Assembly: GCA_002269645.1 (NCBI GenBank)
Contig: NIVC01000094.1
Location: 1-64,000, forward strand
Direction: 5' to 3'
From: Macrostomum lignano
Lineage: Eukaryota
DNA: 64,000 bases
Within the stretch, counting starts at the first letter, position 1. The number at the start of each line of letters is the position of its first letter. The position numbers and the translations under genes were made by a program. Under the pieces are notes generated by a model. The model was given only the letters and a program-made list of their open reading frames with translations, was not told where the DNA came from and did no database searches. Shown piece by piece: positions 1 to 10,166 of this stretch.

Positions 1-841
1 AATGTTACGGCTGTGAGTGCATGTGTCACAGGTCCGAAGGTGATGAAGCTGCTTGCGACTCCAGCTTCCCTTTCTTGAGAACCGGAAACGTGAGCTTCGA
101 CTTGAACGGTGACGGATCGCCGGCCTACAAGATTCGTCAGGAGCAGCCAGACGGTCAGCTGGTGAAGGTCGGAACGTGGACGGAGTCAGCCGTCTTACGT
201 TGAGCGACCTCACACCTATTCGATGGTGGCAGAACTCGAGCTTCGATCGCATGCAGCTCAGTCGAACTGCCAAGTCATTCTGCAGTGCTCCGTGCAGTGC
301 TGGCGAGATTCAAGTTGGAACAGATGCTTGCTGCTTTACGTGCAAGCCGTGCTTCAAACAGGAGATCGTGTCCGATGATGGCAAGTCGTGTCTGTCGTGT
401 TCGAGTTCACTGGCCCAGTCAAGACCGGCTGAGCTGCGAGTCCGATACCGGTGTACGCGTGGAGAGACGGACTGCAGTTTCCTGTGCTGCTGGCATGTCT
501 CGCTCTACTCACGATCTTCCTGGTCGTCGTGCTCGCTCTGTTCATCAACCGTCGACACACAAGCTCATCAAGCCTCGTCGATAACTTGTCCGTCACGTGC
601 ATGTGTGGGAACCTTCTCGTCTAGCGTGTCTCGGTCTGTTCGTTGTAGACAGCTCGCACGTAATGTGCAATGCTTTGAACTGCGCATTCCAGCTCAGCCT
701 GACTGCTTGCTACGCGAGTCAGTTGGTGAAGACCCTTCGCGTCCATCTGATCTTCTCTGCATCGAGAGTGGTCGTCCGGTACCTTGGCTCGCGCGACAGA
801 AGCCGATGCTGATGATGCTGGCCGCAGTCATTTTCGGAATG
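1..841 (+). CDS. Metabotropic glutamate receptor-like class C GPCR, exon covering end of Venus flytrap, Cys-rich (NCD3G) domain and TM1-4; multiple frameshifts
   Basis: Motifs spread over several frames: TGNVSFDLNGDGSPAYKI...VKVGTW (ORF 21-203), SFCSAPCSAGE...CCFTCKPC...CLSC (ORF 176-871), WPSQDRLSCE (ORF 285-584), TM1 FPVLLACLALLTIFLVVVLALFI in a third frame, HKLIK, QKPMLMMLAAVIFGM. Ends at ATG|GTGAGG donor (intron 842-1188). At least 4 frame switches, so pseudogene or sequence error. Confidence 0.8.
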
Positions 842-844
842 GTG

Positions 845-1115
845 AGGAAATTCTGTAGGACAAATGCATGAGATGCTGTAGACAAATTCAGGACATGCTT
901 TAAAGACAAATGCAGAAATTCTGTAGGACAAATGTAGGACATACTGTAGGACAAATGCAGGACATGTTGTAGGACAAATGCAGGACATGCTGTAGGAAAA
1001 TTGCAAGACATACTGTAGGACGAATACAGGACATACTGTAGGACAAATGCAGGACATGTTGTAGGACAAATGCAGGACATGCTGTAGGAAAAATGCAGGA
1101 CATGCTGTAGGAAAA
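845..1115 (+). repeat. 23-bp minisatellite (GACATGCTGTAGGACAAATGCAG) filling the GPCR intron
   Basis: About 10 degenerate copies directly after the splice donor. Explains spurious minus-strand ORFs 694-1080, 719-1069 and 900-1166. Confidence 0.9.
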
Positions 1116-1188
1116 ATGTGTAGCTATGAATATATGACAGGCATCTGAAATGAGATTAGAACCCATCCATGCGGTGCATTTATTTCAG

Positions 1189-1659
1189 TGCCTGCTGCTT
1201 AGTGGAGTGACCGTGTTCCGACCACTGAGCTCGGAGCTCAAACAGCTTGTGACCGATCCTTCGGTCCGACCAGTCGTGGAGAAGAACTGCGCGATCGCGA
1301 CCACGGCGTTCTGGGCTCCGCTGTGCTGCAACCTGCTGATCCTGACTGTCACGTGCGGCCTGTCGCTGAAGACCCGATCGCTTCCAGACAACTTTCACGA
1401 CACCAAGTGCATCCTGGCTTGTGGAGTGTCCGGCCTCTTCTTGTGGTCGGCGTTCGTTCCGTCCGCTCTTTCGGCCAGCTCTCTGACTACCGCAATGTTG
1501 CTGCTTGCGTTCTCGTCCAGCATCACGCACGCGCTGCTGCTGTCGATCCTGTTCGCTCCGAAGCTGTACGCAGTGTACGCGAGGTCCGAGGCAGAGAACA
1601 ACATCCAGTTCTACACCAATAACCCTGCAACCATATCTACTACTCCAACTATGCAGTAG
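1189..1659 (+). CDS. Class C GPCR last exon (TM4 end to TM7, short tail)
   Basis: TTTCAG| acceptor at 1188, phase 0, joins FGM|CLLLSGVTVF. Contains LSLKTRSLPDNFHDTKCI (mGluR KTRxxPxNFNEAK-like) and LLLSILFAPKLYAVY (TM7). Stop at 1657-1659. Confidence 0.85.
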   Translation, partial: CLLLSGVTVFRPLSSELKQLVTDPSVRPVVEKNCAIATTAFWAPLCCNLLILTVTCGLSLKTRSLPDNFHDTKCILACGVSGLFLWSAFVPSALSASSLTTAMLLLAFSSSITHALLLSILFAPKLYAVYARSEAENNIQFYTNNPATISTTPTMQ

Positions 1660-1949
1660 GAATTTAATGTAAAGAATTCTTTGGATATGGATAAAAATAT
1701 GAATGTAAGGAAGCCGGTTTTTTAATTTGGTATTGCACTGTGCATGCAGAGTCAAGTACTGGTAGCGGAATTGTGTTCTTTTGCTGTTGTGTAATTGACA
1801 GTTTAAAATATCTTTCGCATCCATTGTTTCAGATATTAGTGTGTATCAATGCAAGTAATTCGTTACGAGAGTTAAATAGGAACGAAATATTTTAAGATTT
1901 CTTCTTGGGTCTTTGAGTTTATTTACCATTAGCTCTTTGAGTCCTACAT

Positions 1950-2690
1950 GTAAAATATGCTCACTTTTGCTCTAAGAGTTCATGTAACATCTGCTCTATG
2001 AGTCCCATGTAGCGCATGCTCGACAATGGGTCCTATGTACACGTAACACTTGCTCTACTATGAGTCCCTTGACTTAGCAACAGGGCTGTCCCGGAGGGGG
2101 ACACTATGAGTCCCATGTATCACTTGCTCTATGAGTCCCATGTAACACTGGCTCTACTATGAGTCCCATGTATCACCTGCTCTATGAATCTTATGTAACC
2201 CTTTCTCTATGAGTCCCATGTAACAGATGCTCTATGAGTCTCATGTAGCCCTTTCTCTATGAGTCCTATGTAACACTTGCTCTACTATGAGTCCCACGTA
2301 ACACTTGCTCTACTATAAGTCCCACGTAACACTTGCTCTACTATGAGTCCCACGTAACACTTGCTCTACTATGAGTCTAATGTAATACTTGCTCTACTAT
2401 GAGTCCCATGTATCACCTGCTCTATGAATCTTATGTAACCCTTTCTCTATGAGTCCCATGTAACAGATGCTCTATGAGTCTCATGTAGCACTTTCTCTAT
2501 GAGTCCTATGTAACACTTGCTCTACTATGAGTCCCACGTAACACTTGCTCTACCATGAGTCTCATGTAATACTTGCTCTACTATGAGTCCCATATATCAC
2601 CTGCTCTATGAGTCCTATGTAACACTTGCTCTACTATGAATCCCATGTAACACTTGCTCCATGAGTCCTATGTAACTATTGCTTTATGAA
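1950..2690 (+). repeat. Degenerate 27-30-bp minisatellite (CTATGAGTCCCATGTAACACTTGCTCTA)
   Basis: About 25 copies, with an internal near-exact block duplication at 240-bp offset (about 2152 vs 2392). Confidence 0.9.
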
Positions 2691-2971
2691 TTATATCTAA
2701 CACTAGTGTCAAGAGCTATATTTTTTTTGTACCTTGTATTTATGGACTAATTTGTATTTTTAGCATACTACCACGATCTAGTATCTGTAAACATAAAATG
2801 TACCGCTTATTGGAAACATAACCTCCACCAAGAACCAAAAAGTGTTGCAAAATACGTGGACAGCTCAGTCTGTTCATTCTAATCCGCTTCAGTTTTCCAT
2901 AGAAGAGAGTCTAATATCAGATAATGATGGGGCTAACAAGTACAACAATGACTACTGTGACAAGTGAGAAG

Positions 2972-4694
2972 TCAAATCCAATTCAAGTGAGAAGTGAGAA
3001 GTAGAGATGAAGATTCGTAACCGTCAAAAGCTGCCCACAATGACCCGTGCATCAGAGTCGCAGTTCTCCTCCGCTGGACTGTATGCGGGTTTTCCACGCC
3101 TCCATTGCTGGATGTTGTCTGGTCGGTTGGATGGATTGAGGATGGCGGCAGTGGCGCCGGTTGAGGCGGCGATCGCGGCGGCAGCGGCGGTGGCTCCGGC
3201 TGTTCGCCGCTCGCTGGCGAAGGTTGCTCCCTCCTGCGAAAGAAACGTCGAGCCCGAGTCGGTAGTGGCATCGGCGGGGGCTCGGTCAGCTCTTCGTAGG
3301 CGACCGTGCTGACTCCGCCGCTTGGACTGGCAGGGTTGGGCCTCTCGTACTCGGCATAAACTCGGTCTTTGTCGTGTCACTCGACACTGCTACAGAGAGG
3401 GCAGACAAGTTTGCAGCCATTCGGCGATAGTAAAGAAATACAGCAACGATGGCAATGGCAGCCATGACTGTCAGGCTTGTGACGACAGACGTAGCTATGA
3501 TGAGTCCAGTATGCGGCGGTTGAGATGGAGGCTGCTGTAGCTGCCGCGCCACTGTTGGTGTCGGTGTCGCCAGCTGACGCAGTGTCGGGCAGACATCCAC
3601 CTTCGCTAGCAGCTTTTCCTCCAGGCTGGCACAAGCAGCCCCGGAAATGCCAGACGGTAGAACGAACGTCGGCGGTGAGCAGATGCAGACAAACGGGTTC
3701 GCCACAAGGCTGAGCTCCTGTAGATCCGGCAGAAGTTCGCTCCCCAGACTGGGTGGCGCTTTTCGCACACAGTTACCGTCTAAGCTGAGGCGTTGCAGCA
3801 TCCGTAGCGGCCACACAGCCGGCCAAACGATGGAGTCCGTGAGTCCTCTCGCACCTCCGTCATCTTCGCTGCAGTTGAGCACATGAGGATCGGAGCCAAG
3901 CTGCAGCTCTTTTAAGTTTGGTAATCGGCGCAGAATCAGTTCCCAGCCTCCGCGTGACTCAGAGTCACCATCAACCACCAGCGTCTTGGCTAGAGTCGGG
4001 GCAGTAATCTCTAGCCGTCTAAGACTACCTCCTAGTTGATCAAATGCGGCAGCCTCAATTCTGTAGAGCTGCGTTCGAGTTAGCCGCAGTGATTCCAGGG
4101 CCTTTAAATTGTAGAAATCGCTCGCTCTGATTACAGATAGGCCACCGCCAGAGACGTCAAGCTCCTGAAGCATTTCCAAACCAGCAAGCTGGTTCGGTAA
4201 CGAGTCCAGCTGTCTTAGTCCAGCCATCCGGAGACGGCGCAGACGTCTCAAACCTTCCAGACCGTCGCAGGTGGAGTCGGACAGCCCCGTGCCACTGAGG
4301 TCGAGCTCCAGAAGAGTTTCTGCCGCGCCAGTCAGACTGTCTGCGGCCAGGCTCGCCAGACGGGCGTTAGCTGACAAGTCTAGCTGGCGTAGTCCGCTGG
4401 CATTGACGAATGCGCCGCGATTCAAGATGCGGATTTGATTGCCGGCCAACAGCAGAATATGCGGCCGGAGCTCCCGGTCTAGCAATGGCGGCAACGACAG
4501 ATCACAGTTGGTGCAGTCAACCTGTCGGGCGCCGGAAGACTCCTTCAGGCGCAGCATTGGCGACTGTCTCTAAGGTTTTCGAGTGTCAAGTAGACTGTCA
4601 CATCAGAGGGTTGCTGCTGCAGTTGCACAGTTGTAGCGCAGGTAACGCAAATGATGAGGATAAGAGCACTGCGATGAAAGTTCGACGACGGCAT
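2972..4694 (-). CDS. Leucine-rich-repeat type I membrane receptor (signal peptide, LRRNT, about 9-10 LRRs, LRRCT-like, TM, Tyr/Pro-rich tail); two inferred 1-nt frameshifts
   Basis: Core ORF 3286-4557 has LxxLxLxxN repeats, NPFVCIC (LRRCT) and TM IIATSVVTSLTVMAAIAIVAVFLYY. Signal peptide MPSSNFHRSALILIICVTCATT (ATG 4694) lies in the adjacent frame, and restoring one base near 4547 gives QCCACKESSGARQVDC. A second -1 shift near 3370 would join a tail RVYAEYER...AYEELTEPPPMP...PPPLPPR ending at 2972. Confidence 0.8.
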
Positions 4695-5693
4695 AGTGAG
4701 GGCTGGGCACTTTTTTGGACCCTCTATGTCTCTATTTTTTGCGGCTTGTTGGTCTGCCACTTTCTTTTTTTATTGGGTATCGAATTGCCTTTGCAGTTCG
4801 GGTTACCAGCAAAGTGTCACTAGGAGAGAGAAAATCCTTTCTAAATAGCGATGTCCAGCCAAAACAATGCAAATTAATGCTAAACATCCAATGCAAATCG
4901 ACCCACCCTGAGCCTTGTTTTTACTTTTTGGTTGTGCTCACTGCTTACCCCGAATGCTAATTGATGAAGCCGTTTTCCGTGTTGCTTCCCCTTTCTTCTT
5001 CCATCTGCTGCCCTGCTGCAGGAACTGTTCTACAAAGTGTACGTTTACTGGTTGTTCTTTGTTGACACTCATGGCCTCGCAGACTTTACATTCCTAGAAA
5101 ATACTGTAGTTGAGCCTGGAAAACCGTAAGAAGACAGGAAACACAAGAGGAGACAGAGAACACAGGGAGACGACAGGGAGGGAAGTAGACGAGGCCCCAA
5201 AATTATGCATGGTCCTTCTTGTATTAAGTTTTCTGACGATGTGAAATTTCGGTCTTGTAAAGTCAGGTGTCTTTCGGTCTTATGAAAGCGACCCATCATA
5301 TACTCTGTGTCAGTGCTTGGCAAGAAAAGCAAGCAGGGCTAATTTCTGACTAATTTCTTAAATTAAGTGTTGTATTCTCGCTTCCAGTCCAGTGATGCTA
5401 TTTCTAGAAGTCCCTGCTAGAGACGTCTCAAAGTTTTTTCAGCCAGTGGCCGGTTGCATGAGAGAGCATGCAGCCAATCAAACCCTGCCAGCACTTCGAT
5501 TTTTTCAAGCGTCGTGACTCAACAATTTTTATAAAACAATGCGTCCCTCTTTTTTAAACTTACTTCCTTAAGTTTTTATTAACTACTAAATATTTCGTAT
5601 TCCATAAATATCCTTTTACGTTTCCCTTTGGAACAAAGTTCCGGAGAAAACGACTAAAAACTGTTTCAATTACAACGCTAAAAAAGCAAGAAT

Positions 5694-6318
5694 ATGAACG
5701 CAAAACTGCTGGCGTATTTCCTCATTTTGTTCTGATCAGTGACGGCGAACGGGTGGCCGGTTTCGATGTGAACAACATCAATAGCGTCGATGTTGGCAGC
5801 GATGGAGTCAGCGTCACCTCGGACAATGGAAATCCGTTCTATTATGACGAGTGCAGCGGCTCGCTAAGCGGCTTGAGTATTCAAACTGGCTGTCACAGAC
5901 GGTGGAAGCCGCTGTTCTACGTGTGCGCAGTGGTTGGCGGAATTGCGGGACTCTTCCTCGTCACAGGCTGCTGTTGTTGCTGCTGCTGCACCTGCTGCAG
6001 ATCTAAGTCAGCGACGCCCGTGAGAACCATCAACAATGTGTCTGATGCAGGTTGACTTCGGAGCAGAAATTTCTGATCTAGGGGGAGCTGAGGGGTATAA
6101 GTGAAAAAGGCAAATGAGTGAGAAAGGTCCAGCTTATCTATCCAGCTTACTCATTGAGGTAGGCTGAGCTCCAATAATTTCACTCGTGCATGCAGCCTAA
6201 TCTTTCAAAATTCCAGGCAGCAGCCCAACCTCCAGTAGTGGTGATGAGCAGCGTTGCAGCTCCGTCGCAGCCTCATCTGCAGCAGCAGCAGCAGCCACCG
6301 CCTCCTCCAAAGTACTGA
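5694..6318 (+). CDS. Small single-pass membrane protein A (signal peptide, 2-Cys ectodomain, TM, poly-Cys, Pro-rich PPxY tail); 2 exons 5694-6019 and 6217-6318
   Basis: ATG 5694 MNAKLLAYFLILF joins ORF 5753 if one base is restored near 5732. GNPFYYDEC...TGCHRRWKPLFYVC-TM-CCCCCCC. Donor CCC|GTGAGA (6020), acceptor TTCCAG|GCA (6216), phase 0, giving the tail AAAQPPVVVMSSVAAPSQPHLQQQQQPPPPPKY*. Clear paralog of the 14.3-15.5 kb gene. Confidence 0.75.
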
Positions 6319-6512
6319 TTTGAACTGTTCTAAAAAAGCACTATTAGGCTATCCTGTGCAGCAGATATTAACGCTAAATTATAGCATGTACTTTAACCTA
6401 TTTATTTTAAAGCTGCAGATGAACTTTACTGCCGTATCGAAATCGAGTCGCATGCGTCACCGTGGTACTTGAGTGCATGCACATTTGGCACCTCAGTTTA
6501 TACAACCAAATA

Positions 6513-7122
6513 CTGGACACCCTTCCTCTGGACACAATCTCCTTGGACACCCTTCCTCTGGACACAATCTCCTTGGACACCCTTCCTCTGGACACAATCT
6601 CCTTGGACACCCTTCCTCTGGACACAATCTCCTTGGACACCCTTCCTCTGGACACAATCTCCTTGGACACCCTTCCTCTGGACACAATCTCCTTGGACAC
6701 CCTTCCTCTGGACACAATCTCCTTGGACACCCTTCCTCTGGACACAATCTCCTTGGACACCCTTCCTCTAGACACAATCTCCTTGGACACCCTTCCTCTG
6801 GACACAATCTCCTTGGACACCCTTCCTCTGGACACAATCTCCTTGGACACCCTTCCTCTAGACACAATCTCCTTGGACACCCTTCCTCTGGACACAATCT
6901 CCTTGGACACCCTTCCTCTGGACACAATCTCCTTGGACACCCTTCCTCTGGACACAATCTCCTTGGACACCCTTCCTCTGGACACAATCTCCTTGGACAC
7001 CCTTCCTCTGGACACAATCTCCTTGGACACCCTTCCTCTGGACACAATCTCCTTGGACACCCTTCCTCTGGACACAATCTCCTTGGACACCCTTCCTCTG
7101 GACACAATCTCCTTGGACACCC
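6513..7122 (+). repeat. 30-bp minisatellite (TTGGACACCCTTCCTCTGGACACAATCTCC), about 20 near-identical copies
   Basis: Perfect 30-nt periodicity visible line by line. Produces open frames on both strands. Confidence 0.97.
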
Positions 7123-7959
7123 ATCTTCCCTTTTCCGCCTTCTTTTGATTCCTGTGGTGGAAGTAGCTGGCACGATGTACGAGTATACCGAATCGCGATT
7201 TGCTAATGACTCTTTCTTCATTGAAAATCTTGAATGCTTTTCCTAGACAGAAAGCATACAAGTAACAGCCAATTTCATATTATCAGTTGTCAATTAGTTT
7301 CAAGGGCAAGGGCATGTATAATTATTGCTTATTAACAATCAGGAAAATGCAAAAACACTGCATGAGGTAATCGCTATAGTTGCCTTAGTAAAGTAGAGGT
7401 GAGATTCTGTCTGAGTTCACCCTTTCTCGTTCTGACGACTTTGAACAACTAACAGACTCCATACGGCGTGAATGCTTAGTGGAATCCGTTGGGTAGAAAA
7501 GAAAACTTTAGGCGAAATAGTGCGGTGCATATTTGAGGCTCAGTCCCAGTGAAACAAGCAGAGCCATTTCCAGGAAATTGAGTACGAGCGTACTGCAATA
7601 CTGCTGAGTACTGGATTTCTATTTCGCGATTTTTACAATGCCGTTGTATTCTAGTGCCACGCGCGTTGCAATACTAAATATTAAATATATCCGCGATATA
7701 TGCTTCGTATATTCTAAATACAGTAACTTAAATGCCCTGCAGGTTTTAAAACATTCTTGCTACCGAAATCTTCCATGGCAAAAGCTAAAAATACAAAGCA
7801 CAGGCAGTCAGACAGTTACAACCTTGCGTACTACCTTTGCTCCCTTTTATAAGATAGAATCAATAATACACCTATAAAGAACCACCGCGCCAGTTCAATT
7901 CGGATCCTTATAGATACTTACTGGCAGGTAGACTTTGCGGGACAAAACAATTCACAGTT

Positions 7960-8228
7960 GACAACACCTATTAGACAATTTACAGCCACACCCATTACGC
8001 AATTAACAGCCACACCCATTAGGCAATTTACAGCCACATCCATTACGCAATTTACAGCCACACCCATTAGGCAATTTACAGCCACATCCATTACGCAATT
8101 TACAGCCACACCCATTAGGCAATTTACAGCCACACCCATTCGGCAATTTACAGCCACACTCATTAGGCAATTTACAGCCACACCCATTCGGCAATTTACA
8201 GACAAACCTATTAGACAGTTTACAGCCA
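7960..8228 (+). repeat. 24-bp minisatellite (TTTACAGCCACACCCATTAGGCAA), about 11 copies, followed by CT-rich low complexity to about 8430
   Basis: Direct inspection of tandem copies. Confidence 0.92.
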
Positions 8229-9404
8229 AGCTATCTCCTGTGTCTCAGGCATCTCTTCTACTGATCAATTTGAGAATACTCCTATCCATCCGAGTCTCTC
8301 CTGTGCCTCAGGTCTCTCTCATTTTCTCCAGTTTCTTCAAATCTCTCCCAGTCTCTCCCGATCTCTCTTAATCTCCCCCAAGCTCTCCGCAGTCTCCCTC
8401 GCTTTCTCTAATTTTCTTCCAGTCTTTCCCAGTGTCTCAAGCCTAGCCCTAGCGGCTCTTCTTTTCAGAATTTTTCGCTTTGTCATTTAAAAAAATTCCA
8501 GCGAAGAAGCAGTTAGTAAAATCGAAAAGTAAAAAAAGTTATAGATAGACCATAGACAAAGCTGCTCTGACTCCGGGAAAAAGACACTAATTAGATAGGA
8601 GAAAAACATTTTTCACCTTTTTACGAGTCTACTTAAATCGTAGACGTTAATAAAATTAGCCATATAATCGCTGAAAAATTTCCAATCGAATGGTACAAAA
8701 ATGATGCCAAAATTAGTAGGCATTCAAGCTGTAGGTGAAATTTTTTATAAGGTACAGTTTTAGTTAGATTTGTTGGGCTCTACTGTATACAAACTTTAAA
8801 CTCTCGTTTCTGCAGCAGAAAATTTTTGGCAAGGACCACTGTAGTCTTTGATTTTTTGGTAGCTAGGCCTACTCACAAAAGCACTATAAAATTCGACATA
8901 AAAATGTTTCCACTAATACAATAAGACTCAAGAGCTCAGCAAGTAACATGCATTAAAGTCAACCTCATATTTAACTTTTTTCGAAATTGCATCTTAATCA
9001 ACTAAAAGGTGACATATATAACGGGGGTCTTTGTCTCAAATGCAGAGCATAAAATCAATCAACGCCACGTCACATGAGGTCTTTAAAAAATCTCAATTTC
9101 TACCAAAAATTTGCTGATAGACTATTGATAGAATATTGCGGAAACGGAGATGATACTCGTATATTAATATGCGATTGTTAAGCTATTGCAATAATATTCT
9201 GTTACTATCCATTCTCCTTGGATCTGAGAACTGCATTTCTAAACAATCGCGCAAAGGCCCTTCCAGATCCCCTTACGAGAACCCTCTATCAGGATAAGAG
9301 ATTCGACATAAAAGTTGGCGATAAAGTTTGCAGTGTATCTTCAAATTTTCGTTGATCCCCATGCGACACGTATTGACGATTTTGAGCGACGAACAGGCTG
9401 TAAG

Positions 9405-10166
9405 TTAGAACACGGACAGGCACTCGCAAATGTACTTCCGGTTGAAAGAGCATCCGGCATCATCGACGCCAATCTTGTGACTAGAGTGGACAGCAGCGCA
9501 GCCCTCACCAGGCAATCCGTTATTCGGCCTCCCGGGCTCCCAGACGTCGGCCCGGATGCTCTCGTTGCAGGCGTCCCAGATCCAGCCTTCCGTCTTGCCC
9601 GCAGAGCCCAGAATCTGGTGGCCACCCAGGTACAAACTCTCCACAGGAATGTTCGACACGTTCTTGATCCACATCAGGTGACGGGACTCGTCCGAGTCCA
9701 GAGCGTCCGCGAACTTCGACAGTCCGGCCTCCTGTCCGCACCGGGAGAGAGCGTCAGCCCAATTGGTCACCAGTGAGGCCGACACCTTGTATGAGGATCC
9801 GAACTGAGAGTAGTCGTATCCGGGTGGGCACAGGCGACCCGGAGCTACTCCAGGTAGCGATCTCACGTACACGGTTACTCGGTGAGTGCAGTTGGCCACT
9901 GACTGCACTCGGTGGCTGCACTTGTCGAACAGGAACAGCTTGCAGAGGCAGTCGCCATCCGGCAGCGAGAAGGCCCGGCAGTTCGGCATCTTGGCGCAGT
10001 GCAGGCTGCAGGACTGCGGATCGCACGAGCCCCACACGGTGTGGGTGAAGCTGGACGTCACGCAGTCAGCGCCAGAGATCGGGTGGAAAGTCGCTTTCAG
10101 AGAGCCGCAAGTTGGTTCACTTTTTACCACGACACTCAGCGTCAGCAGTAGCAGCAATAGCAGCAT
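9405..10166 (-). CDS. Secreted PAN/Apple domain + C-type lectin domain protein (253 aa)
   Basis: Single intact ORF. Signal MLLLLLLLTLSVVVKS, PAN-like CSLHCAKMPNCRAFSL...CLC, then CTLD hallmarks CPPGY, NWADALSRC, LYLGG, WIW, WEPGRPNN, EGCAAV, DDAGC, KYICE. Confidence 0.88.
   Translation of the reverse strand: MLLLLLLLTLSVVVKSEPTCGSLKATFHPISGADCVTSSFTHTVWGSCDPQSCSLHCAKMPNCRAFSLPDGDCLCKLFLFDKCSHRVQSVANCTHRVTVYVRSLPGVAPGRLCPPGYDYSQFGSSYKVSASLVTNWADALSRCGQEAGLSKFADALDSDESRHLMWIKNVSNIPVESLYLGGHQILGSAGKTEGWIWDACNESIRADVWEPGRPNNGLPGEGCAAVHSSHKIGVDDAGCSFNRKYICECLSVF

Noticed and set aside
4545-4560. Programmed ribosomal frameshifting as the explanation for the split genes
   Set aside because: No slippery heptamer or downstream structure seen; sequence error is simpler.
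6407-7261. Long ORFs on both strands (284, 257, 242, 228 aa)
   Set aside because: All derive from a stop-poor 30-bp minisatellite and have no coherent unique protein flanks.
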